The notes beneath the pieces are model-generated. The model had not been told where the DNA came from, did not search any database, and was given only the letters and a program-made list of their open reading frames with translations. This document shows positions 10,553 through 19,500 of a stretch of DNA of 64,000 bases, in pieces. The stretch spans positions 2,528,001 to 2,592,000 of the forward strand of contig OY760175.1 of the NCBI GenBank assembly GCA_963663165.1. Reading direction: 5' to 3'. Numbering within the stretch: position 1 is the first letter of the stretch; the number at the start of each line of letters is the position of its first letter. The position numbers were made by a program, and so were the translations under genes. The DNA is from an uncultured Desulfospira sp. Lineage in GTDB: Bacteria > Desulfobacterota > Desulfobacteria > Desulfobacterales > Desulfobacteraceae.

Positions 10553-10765
10553 TTATGGAGCAGGCCCAACGAAATAAAATGAGGGGAAAATCTCGTTTCT
10601 AAAAGGCGCATGGCGAATTACCGGCGAAATTGGCGCCGGCAGAACAGAAAAGCTTTTCCACGGACATTTCGGGGAGTTGCACAAATAGCGCTGAACCCTG
10701 ATTTCTTTATCATTTAGGGGATTGTTCCTGGGGTAAGTTCCATTACGAACGGTTAAAGTACTCAA
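10553..10765 (-). pseudogene. Fragment of a transposon-associated Zn-ribbon protein (DUF6431-like)
   Basis: RNGTYPR...RYLC..PKC..KSFSVLP resembles the 57129-57716 protein type; truncated. Confidence 0.4.
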
Positions 10766-11088
10766 GCAATGGCAGCCACGGACTTGATTATTTTTCTTGG
10801 CAGCCGTCTTGTTTCTTACAATGTTGTTTTTTATAAGCAGGGGCCGGGGTTGTGGGTTGATATTTTTTTGGCGAACTTATCTATAAAAAAAGGGGGGGGA
10901 TGCCGAGGCATGAGCGGTTCCTGCTGTCTTTATCGATTGGGGATTTCTGATTGGAATTATCGTTCTTGGAGGTTGTTCTTTTCTCGCGACAGGCAATGAG
11001 GTATGAAAAGAATCGAATAAATATCAGGTACTGAAGTGTGGAAATCTATAAGAATAACTTGTTATGAGTAAGGATAGAGGGGATTATT

Positions 11089-11835
11089 ATGACAAAGATT
11101 GATGACATCTACGATCACCAGGTTGTAACTCCGAAAGCTAGAGGCAGTATTCATAAAACTATACTCACATGGTTTTCAAAAAAAAGTCCTGGTCTAGTAT
11201 TAGATGCTCCAGCTGGTTACGGTCATCTTAGCATGCATCTCAAAAAAATGGGCCATAATGTCATTTGTGGTGAAATTGATCCAGAAATATTCAAGGTCGA
11301 TGGGTTGCAATGTATTTATACTGATCTGAACGAAAGAATAGACTCCCCCAAAGATAAATTCGACTACGTTTGTTGTGTTGATGGTTTGGAACATATGACC
11401 AACCCTTACAGGGCAGTACAAGAGTTTTCTCGTGTATTGAAGCCGGGTGGTTATGGCGTTTTTAGTATTCCTAATTATTCTAACATGGAAAAACGTGCAA
11501 AATTCTTTTTCAATGGGTACTTAACAAAACCAAAATCCTTTGATGATTATATGCAATCTGGATGCAATCTTTTCAATTTTCACAACTCCCCCCTGACGAT
11601 TACTCTAATCGACTTAATTTTTAAAATTAATGGCTTTAAAATTGAAAATATTCTCAGAGATAAATTGAAATGGAAACAGTTCGTATGGACTCCTTTTGTG
11701 CTGTTGTTGAAGTTGCATGCCCATTTCCAATCAGAGAAAAAATGGAAAAAGTATCGATATGATCTTACACTAAAAAATGAGGTAATCTTAGGAGGCAATA
11801 CATTAATTTTTATTACCAGAAAAAAGGACTCATAA
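11089..11835 (+). CDS. Class I SAM-dependent methyltransferase
   Basis: VLDAPAGYG, LEH and RVLKPGG motifs. Confidence 0.88.
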   Translation: MTKIDDIYDHQVVTPKARGSIHKTILTWFSKKSPGLVLDAPAGYGHLSMHLKKMGHNVICGEIDPEIFKVDGLQCIYTDLNERIDSPKDKFDYVCCVDGLEHMTNPYRAVQEFSRVLKPGGYGVFSIPNYSNMEKRAKFFFNGYLTKPKSFDDYMQSGCNLFNFHNSPLTITLIDLIFKINGFKIENILRDKLKWKQFVWTPFVLLLKLHAHFQSEKKWKKYRYDLTLKNEVILGGNTLIFITRKKDS

Positions 11836-11840
11836 CTACG

Positions 11841-11944
11841 AATTCCAGACATGAATTCCGGGTGAATTCCGGGGACACGAAACAGGCAAATTCCGGGGAC
11901 ACGAAACAAAAATACTTACAATTAAGTAAAGTCTCCCCCGAATT
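11841..11944. repeat. Stacked partial copies plus one full copy (11889-11944) of the 54-bp REP-like element
   Basis: AATTCC at 11841, 11854, 11865 and 11889; AATTCCGGGGACACGAAACA occurs twice. Confidence 0.85.
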
Positions 11945-11948
11945 ACGC

Positions 11949-12120
11949 TTCCGGTTCCCAGCGGGCCATCAGCACCAGCGTTCTTGGGGGAATAACCACG
12001 TCCACGCTGCTGGTCATTTTGTTTGCGCCCCTGTTCTACGTGATTATCTACAAGCTGTTCGGCAAACACCGGAAACGGGCATAAGGGGGTAACCATTTAA
12101 CCGCTGGTCATTCTTTTTTG
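11949..12120 (+). repeat. Diverged direct copy of the acrB 3' end and trailer (7546-7718)
   Basis: Long identical stretches such as TGTTTGCGCCCCTGTTCTACGTGATTATCTACAAGCTGTTCGGCAAACACCG. Confidence 0.92.
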
Positions 12121-12385
12121 GCTAAATACTCATCACAAATGACCGGTGTTTTTTTTAGCCAATCCAATTTCACCTGGAGTTGACCAACTTTCTGGTATAG
12201 CCGATCTCTTTCAGTTTCAAGGGCTTTGCTCTGATTCTCTTGACCTTTCCAAAATACAAAGCCCTGGAGACACTTGTTCTTGATCAATTTTCAAAAATAT
12301 TTTAAAAACCAAATAAAACTTACAACCAATTAGATTATTCAAAAGAAACAAAATTTGACCACAAACTATACAACCGGAATACAAA

Positions 12386-13348
12386 ATGATTCAAGAAAAT
12401 GCCCTCACACCTCAAAAAAGTAAATGCCCTTTGTGTAATTCCGAAGGAGTTTTTTCTCATGAAGGAAAGGATCTGTTACATGGAACGCAAGGGTCACATA
12501 CCTATATGAAATGTATGAATTGTGAAGCTGTATATCATCATCCAATGCCGGACAGCAAGACAATCGGCAGTTATTATCCGAATGTTTATTATCAGGAAAT
12601 CAATAATCGCAGAAAACATTCAAAACTTAAAAAAGGAGTGCTGAAGTATAAATATAATTACAAGCATTTAGAAATCCCTTTACTATATAAATTATTAGCA
12701 CCTGTTGCCTCACTTTTTCGTTATAAATCTTCAATTCCTTTTAAGCCTGATTATAAATGCCTTGATATTGGATGTGGAAATGGCAGGTTCATCCATTCAA
12801 TGAATTCTTTAGGCTGGAAGTTTGAAGGCGTTGAGTTTAGTCCGGTAGCTGTAAAAATATGTCACAAAGCAGGATTAAGTGTTTTTGAAGGTGAATTAAA
12901 AGATGCAGGATTCCCGGATAATAGCTTTGATATTATTAGTGCTCGTCATCTAATTGAACATATCCCGGATCCTAAAAGCTTGTTCAAAGAAATAAGCAGA
13001 ATATTAAAACCTGGTGGGGACTTTATTATCAGAACGCCTAATAGTAAAGCATTCGGGCGGAACTGGTTCGGAGTAAACTGGTTCAGCGATGATATTCCTA
13101 GACATCTCATTTTGTTTAATTCAAAAAATCTTACTATGCTTGCCTCTAAATACGAAATGCACCCCCAAAAGATAAAAACTTTTTCTTCACCGAAAAGTAT
13201 TCTTAACAGCATTGATTATTTAACCGGGAACACTCAAAAGCCTTCTCGAAAGAAGAAGATGTATAAATTACTTGGAAGAATCTTTGCAACATTTTCAACA
13301 TTAATAAATAGAGGGGATGAGCTTTTTATAATATTTCAAAAGAATTAG
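12386..13348 (+). CDS. Class I SAM-dependent methyltransferase with N-terminal Zn ribbon
   Basis: CPLC...CMNC; LDIGCGNG; IEHIPDP; PRHL. Confidence 0.88.
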   Translation: MIQENALTPQKSKCPLCNSEGVFSHEGKDLLHGTQGSHTYMKCMNCEAVYHHPMPDSKTIGSYYPNVYYQEINNRRKHSKLKKGVLKYKYNYKHLEIPLLYKLLAPVASLFRYKSSIPFKPDYKCLDIGCGNGRFIHSMNSLGWKFEGVEFSPVAVKICHKAGLSVFEGELKDAGFPDNSFDIISARHLIEHIPDPKSLFKEISRILKPGGDFIIRTPNSKAFGRNWFGVNWFSDDIPRHLILFNSKNLTMLASKYEMHPQKIKTFSSPKSILNSIDYLTGNTQKPSRKKKMYKLLGRIFATFSTLINRGDELFIIFQKN

Positions 13349-13371
13349 TAACTGTTCAGCAGTGCGCCATC

Positions 13372-13495
13372 CAATGTCATTAACTTAAGCGTTAATACAA
13401 GAAACTGGAAACAAGAGACAAGAGGGTGAAGCGCCGTTGGCGCCCATTTTATAACCCCTGCGCGTTATGCCAAATTTCTTAAGTTAATGGCATTG
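13372..13495. mobile_element. 124-bp MITE with IS4-type ends
   Basis: TIRs CAATGTCATTAACTTAAG / CTTAAGTTAATGGCATTG (17/18); 10-bp direct repeat GTGCGCCATC at 13362-13371 and 13496-13505. Confidence 0.88.
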
Positions 13496-13509
13496 GTGCG
13501 CCATCTTCT

Positions 13510-13563
13510 AATTCGGGGACACGATACAAAACACTTACAACTAAGTAAAGTGCCCCCCTAATT
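13510..13563. repeat. 54-bp REP-like element copy
   Basis: AATTCGGGGACACGATACAAAACACTTACAACTAAGTAAAGTGCCCCCCTAATT. Confidence 0.8.
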
Positions 13564-13566
13564 GCG

Positions 13567-15498
13567 TTAGACCGACCTTGCGATCTCTTCGGCTTCGCTG
13601 ATGCAGTACATCAGGTGCCGGGGGGATTTGGCATCCCCTATAAAGTGAAATTTGGCCGAACATTGGTTTTCAAGCTGTTTCATGGCCCGGACCGCCTGCT
13701 GTTTTTCCGAGATCACCACGGTGTCAAACCCGGACAGGGTGACGGACTCGGTATCCCCTTTTACCTTAAAGGTTACGCCGTCATCGGTAAACGTCTTGAT
13801 CCCGGCATTCTTGTACAGGACCACATTGTTTTTCTTAAGGCGCTCCCTTAGATAGTACCGGTCATTTGAAGACATTTCCTCGGCATAGCTTTTTTTCCGG
13901 TTAAGGACCACCACCTCTTTGCCCTGGTCCGCCAGGAAATCCGCCGTGATCAATCCGGCCATGCCCCCGCCGAGAACAATGACCCTGTTTCCGGCAGCTT
14001 CTTTTCCTTCCAGCACGTCCACGTTGGTCACAAGGCCCATTTTAGACTGGAACAACCCCTTGATCACGGGCATATCCGGAAGGGACCCAGTGGCCAGGAT
14101 CACCCGATCCGGGGCCAGTTCCCCTATTAATTCTGCATTAAGTTCCGTATCGTACCGGATATCCACCTTAAGATGGGCCAGTTCCTGCCGGAAAAACCGC
14201 AAGATGTCGTCCAGTTCACCCCGGCCCGGCGCCTTGGCGGCAAGGCCTAACAGCCCCCCGGAGGACGGTTTTTTCTCACAGATCACGGTGTCATGCCCCC
14301 TTAAGGCAAACAGCCTTGCCGCCGCCATCCCGGCAGGCCCGGCACCGGCCACCAGAACCTTTTCATGAACCGCTGACGGCTTTTCATCTTTGAGCTTGTA
14401 CTCCCGGCCCACATCCGGGTTGACCACGCATCCCCCGGGCTCCTTGGCCAGGACCGCATGGATGCACCCCAGACAGCAGCCCACACAGGGCCTGATCCGG
14501 TCAAACTCACCGGCTTTGGCCTTGGCCGGATAATAGGGATCCACAATGATGGACCGGCCCAAGGCCACCATATCGGCCTTTCCCTCTTCAATGATCCGGT
14601 CGGCATGCCGGGGATCCTTGATCCGGCCCACGGTGATCACCGGGATATTGACCACTTTTTTTACGGCTTCGGCCAAATGAACAAAACAGCCGTGGGGGGT
14701 ATACATGGACGGAATGGTCAGCTCAGTGGACCCGTACACCCCGCCGGACACATGGATATAGACCACCCCGGCCTTTTCAAGTTCCGGGGCTAAGCGGACG
14801 GCATCCTTGAGTTCCCACCCGTTCTTCATATAATCGTTTCCGTTGATCCGGATGCCCACGGGATAATCTTCTCCGGCTTTGGCCTTTATCTGGTCAAGGA
14901 TTTCAAATAAAAACCGGGTCCGGTTTTCAAAGGAACCACCGTATTCATCGGTCCGGATATTGGAATTGGGGGCCAGGAACTGGTTGATCAGGTAGCCGTG
15001 GGCCCCGTGGATTTCCACTAAGTCAAATCCGGCCTCCCGGCACCTTCGGGCAGATTCGCCAAAACATTCGGCAAGGTGATGAATCTCATCCACCTCAAGG
15101 GCCCTGACCGGCCCTTTGACCACAGCCGGGGCGGGTATGGCTGACGGAGCGACTTTTTCCGGCAGATAGGACTGGCGCCCCCCGTGCAACAGCTGGACCC
15201 CGAACTTGACATCATAGGGTTTGACCCGGTCCACCATCTCTTTTAACCCCGGGATACACGAATCATTGTACATCTGGGGCAGGTCCGGCAGTTCCTGCCC
15301 CCCGGGGTGAATACTGCCCCCGCCCAGAAGCATCGTCCCCACGCCCCCTTTGGCCCGCTCTACAAAATATTCAATGAGCTGATCGGTTACATTGCAGTTT
15401 TCGTCTACGCCGAAATTAATGCTCATGGCCGACATGAGCAGCCGGTTTTTTAAGGTCATCTCCCCTACCTGGATCGGTTCAAAAAGACTGGATAGCAT
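13567..15498 (-). CDS. NADH:flavin oxidoreductase (OYE-like, 2,4-dienoyl-CoA reductase/BaiCD family)
   Basis: EIHGAHGYLINQF, NIRTDEYGGS, CVGCCLGC Fe-S motif and GAGPAG; start placed at MLSSLFEP after an SD. Confidence 0.9.
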   Translation of the reverse strand: MLSSLFEPIQVGEMTLKNRLLMSAMSINFGVDENCNVTDQLIEYFVERAKGGVGTMLLGGGSIHPGGQELPDLPQMYNDSCIPGLKEMVDRVKPYDVKFGVQLLHGGRQSYLPEKVAPSAIPAPAVVKGPVRALEVDEIHHLAECFGESARRCREAGFDLVEIHGAHGYLINQFLAPNSNIRTDEYGGSFENRTRFLFEILDQIKAKAGEDYPVGIRINGNDYMKNGWELKDAVRLAPELEKAGVVYIHVSGGVYGSTELTIPSMYTPHGCFVHLAEAVKKVVNIPVITVGRIKDPRHADRIIEEGKADMVALGRSIIVDPYYPAKAKAGEFDRIRPCVGCCLGCIHAVLAKEPGGCVVNPDVGREYKLKDEKPSAVHEKVLVAGAGPAGMAAARLFALRGHDTVICEKKPSSGGLLGLAAKAPGRGELDDILRFFRQELAHLKVDIRYDTELNAELIGELAPDRVILATGSLPDMPVIKGLFQSKMGLVTNVDVLEGKEAAGNRVIVLGGGMAGLITADFLADQGKEVVVLNRKKSYAEEMSSNDRYYLRERLKKNNVVLYKNAGIKTFTDDGVTFKVKGDTESVTLSGFDTVVISEKQQAVRAMKQLENQCSAKFHFIGDAKSPRHLMYCISEAEEIARSV

Positions 15499-15657
15499 AG
15501 GCTGATCGTTCCTTTCAAATTTGAGGCTGCTTTTGCGCGGTAATGGCATACCACCCGTCTATCGCCTAATTTCAGGCCCTTGGACTTTCACGTTGATTTT
15601 GCCATGAAGCGCACCAAGGAAAGGCTTCTTGACAGCCTCCACGGGTTAAAAAATTAC

Positions 15658-15698
15658 TTGACTTACCATTAAGTAAATATTATTTAACAGTAAGTCAA
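15658..15698. promoter_or_regulatory. Putative TetR operator, TTGACTTAC...GTAAGTCAA
   Basis: Perfect 9-bp inverted repeat between the divergent OYE and tetR genes. Confidence 0.55.
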
Positions 15699-15767
15699 CA
15701 ATATTTTCTATTTGAAAAAAAATCATTTGTCAAATGAATTTAGGATAAAATCCGAAAGAAATGATCC

Positions 15768-16505
15768 ATGACCGACCCTGTTAACTTCAAAAGCCTGGAT
15801 AAAAGCCTGCGCCACCGGCTGATCATTGATACGGCCGCCAGAATCTTCCAGCAAAAGGGATACCGGAGCGCCACCTTAGATGATGTGGCCCAGGAACTCG
15901 GGATAACCAAGCCAGCCCTTTACCATTACGTTTCCTCCAAGGAAAGCCTGCTATCGGAAATCTACCTTCAGGCCCTGGCCAGTTTTTTTGACACCATCTA
16001 TGAAATCAACGGCATGGATCTGTCGCCGCCGGAAAAACTCAAAATGTTTATCCGCCGCCACCTTAAAACCGTGGTCATTGAAAACCTGACCATGTTTACC
16101 GTATTTTTCAGCGAAGAAAACCAGCTGCCCAAAGAAGATTACGACCGTATCCAAAAAGAAAAACTCAAATTTACCCGGGCGGTGAACCACATTATCCAGG
16201 AAGGCATGGAACAGGGGTACTTTCGCCAGGTGAATTCAAAGCTGTATGCCAACGCCGTCATCGGCATGTGCAACTGGCTGTACCGGTGGTATACCCCGGG
16301 GCAAAGCCCGTTTTCATCTGACGAAATCGTTGAGCAGTTTACCGACCTGATAGAGGGTGGGCTGTTAAACCCCAGTCTGGAAAACGGGCCCCAAACCGCG
16401 CCCGCCCCCCGGACCCGACAGATGATCCTGCAGGAATTAAAGACCGCCGGAGCGACCATGACCCGCCTGATAGAAGAACTGGACCACCTGCCCGACCAGG
16501 AATAA
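15768..16505 (+). CDS. TetR family regulator (KstR2-like C-terminus)
   Basis: HTH GYRSATLDDVAQELGITKPALYHY; GMCNWLYRWY. Confidence 0.9.
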   Translation: MTDPVNFKSLDKSLRHRLIIDTAARIFQQKGYRSATLDDVAQELGITKPALYHYVSSKESLLSEIYLQALASFFDTIYEINGMDLSPPEKLKMFIRRHLKTVVIENLTMFTVFFSEENQLPKEDYDRIQKEKLKFTRAVNHIIQEGMEQGYFRQVNSKLYANAVIGMCNWLYRWYTPGQSPFSSDEIVEQFTDLIEGGLLNPSLENGPQTAPAPRTRQMILQELKTAGATMTRLIEELDHLPDQE

Positions 16506-16533
16506 GCCCCCCCTCAAACCAATTTGGCAGGCA

Positions 16534-19500
16534 TCAATCTTTTAAACCGGCACCGGCTTGAGGCGGCGGCGGTGGCGGCGGGTCCGGCCGGGGCTTTCTT
16601 CCGGGCGGTGATCCGGCCTGGGCCTTTTGCCGTCTGCCGGACCGCGGCAGGGAAACCGGCGCCCAGATCTGGGGAACGCAAAACCTTTTCCATCCCCATT
16701 TAAGAATCCGGATCAGCCAGAAAGAGACCCACAGGGCCCAGGCCAGCATGGCCGCGCGGTAGGCCCACATGGGGATGGAAACCACCCAGGCCCGGGGCAG
16801 AACCGGGCCGGATACGTCATGGTAAAACCGCAGCAGGCCGGCGCTTGATCCGTTCCCCTTAATGGACATGTCCGGATGGCCCAGAAGGCCGTTGGAAATC
16901 CCAAAGACCAGACAGGCACCGGCGGCCAGGGTCAGCAGCAGAATACCCGCCTGCACCAGGTTGAATTTCATGCCCTCCAGCGGGTTGGCCTTAGGCCTGA
17001 AATCCAGGGCAATCAGCCAGCCGGCCACAAGGATAATCCCGGCCGGATGGTTCATGGTGATGCCGATGAACAGTAAAAACCACTGAAACAGGTTTAACGG
17101 GGTCCACCCGGTCTTTGACAGGCCAAAGGCAAGGATCAGAATCACAATAACTTCCGACCAGAACAATACCGCCGGACCCACGGCCTGTTCCCCGCCGATG
17201 AACAGGGGCCACCGGCTCCTTGAAAGCTTGATGTCCACACAGGTGTTGGCCGAAGGGATGCCTAAGTCCACCACCGGGGTCTTGTAAAGGGGACTGATGC
17301 CCTCAGGACTCACCCATTGCAGGACAATGGCCTGCTGGCCCGGAACAATGGGCAGCACCACCTGGTTGTTGTCCTGGCGGATGGGGCGGACCCGGCCCTT
17401 GATGGTGACCTCCTGAAGCCTGGCCCCTTCCGGCAGCAGGACAGTGTGGCGGCCGCCCTGGCTGCTTTTAATGGTCAGGTCCAGCCGTCCGTTGGCGGCA
17501 CTCCTGCCCGGTTCCAGGTATAGCAGGCTCTTTTCAATGGTCAGGGTCTGGCCCTCAACGGCTTCAGGCCGGGTAACGGTAAGGACAAGGGTTTCCCCAG
17601 GCCAGGGATGCCAGGTGGGGTACCAGCGTTCCCCGGTTTTGTGGAAAATCACCGGGGTTCCCTCGTAAGCCATATGAAAAATGGGGCTGACATCCACCTT
17701 CCAGATTTCGGTCCAGTCCCGGGTGTCGGCGTGTTCAAGGCGGATCTGGCCGGCCGGGGTCAGAAAGGATTCCCAAGAGAGGGACTTCTGGCCGGGCTTA
17801 AAGTTGATTTTCGCCATGCTGTCTTCCACCCGGATGCCGCCGGTGGTAATGGATTCCCCCGGCAAAAGCCCCATATCCAGGACCATGCCCGATGAGGCGT
17901 CCCCTTCCCGGACCACCCGGGTATGGACTTTCCAGACAAGGCCCAGCATCAGGGTCCGTTCCACCCTGGCAAAGGCAGGCAGCACACCGGTCTCCAGCAC
18001 TTCCTGATTTTCTGCCCTGGGATCGGCCTTTCGCTTGAACTGGAGCTGGTCATCAAAACTGCCGTCGGCATGACAGCCCTCCACGCTCCAGCCCTCTGCC
18101 GTTACATCCAGGTCATGGGGTTTTAAGGGAAACACCAGTTGAAACCCGGACTGCCGGCGGATGGGGCCGTCCATGCCGATTTGATGAAGCCCCCTGGGGA
18201 TCATCAGCCAGAGCTGGCCGCTTTGTTTGAAAATGCCGGGCACCGGCCTGCCGTCCAGGCTGACCTGTGAGGCCAGCCACTGGCTGTCATCGCCGGGCAG
18301 CGGGACGGCCGTGTCAATGGCGGCATGGGCTGCTATCTGAATGGCCAGCCGGTCTCTGGAAAGGTCAATGGCCGCATGGGCCAGATCAGCACACTGGTCA
18401 AAACAGTCATCGGCCTTCAAAAGCCGCTGCTCAAGTTCCTTGAGCATCTCCGGGGACGGGATGTCAGACCCGTGGGAAAGCGCCGGCGCCCCCAGAAGAA
18501 CCAGGCCGGCCAACCCGGCCAGCAGATACTGAATTCCGGGACCGGATGTATCTTTTTTCATGTTTTTCCCAATCCCGAGCATGCCCATGGCCAGCAGGGC
18601 CATCAGCCCTACCCGGACAAAGGCCAGGACCAGGTTGGCAAACGGGCTGAGCAGCCAAAGGGACATGGTATGATTCCGGTCCACGGGCCCGGACCATGAA
18701 AAGCCAATGGTCTCAAAGGCCGGCCACAGGGGCATGCCCGGGCCGGTCTGGGTCCGGGCCTTGGGGTCATACTGCATGACCTGATAGGTGTCCGGTGACG
18801 GCACCGGCACACTTTTTAGCAAAAGAGACCCGGCGGAGTAACTTTCCATCCGTTCGATACGGCCGGGGGCCGGCAGGATATCCGCTGACTCGTCCATATC
18901 CCGCCCCTGCCCTTTCATGGGTTCCCGGGAATGGGCATTAGACGTGACGGCGGACTGGGACATGGAGGTCCAGGGCCGGGCAAGTTCAGGATAGATCCCG
19001 ATGCGCAGGGCCTGGACGGCATAGGGAAGTGCCGTGGCGGCAAAAGCGACCAGCACCAAACCCTGGCAGAGTCTGACAACACTGCGGGTCCGTCCTTTGG
19101 GCAGGTATTTGAGCAGGGTGAACCCGATCAGAAGCCCAAGCCAGATATATTTAGGGGCAGCGGGCTCATGATAAATCAGCACCAGGGTAATAAATGCCAA
19201 TACGCTTAAGGGTTTTGAATACACCCGGGACAGGGCAATGGTGAAAATCAGGACCACAAAAAAATCCAGCAGGGTCCACTGCCCGATCCAGGTGCCGGGA
19301 ATCCGGTCCACGCCCCGGGCATTAACCAGGGTCCATCCCGGGGGCAGATAAAGCTGGCCTTTGACCGATTGAAAATCATGGTCCCAGCCCGATGCCGGCA
19401 CCTTTGAAATCCCGTTTTCAAAGGTGGCGTCCACCACCATGTTGACCTTGCCGTTCCGAAGCTCAATGCCGGCCTTTTCGCTGCCTTTCTCACGGGTGAT

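Noticed and set aside
11836..12096. Short ORFs on both strands
   Set aside because: Made up of the palindromic repeat and the duplicated acrB tail
9259..13563. CRISPR array from the 54-bp repeats
   Set aside because: Copies are more than 1 kb apart, separated by whole genes, and no cas genes are present
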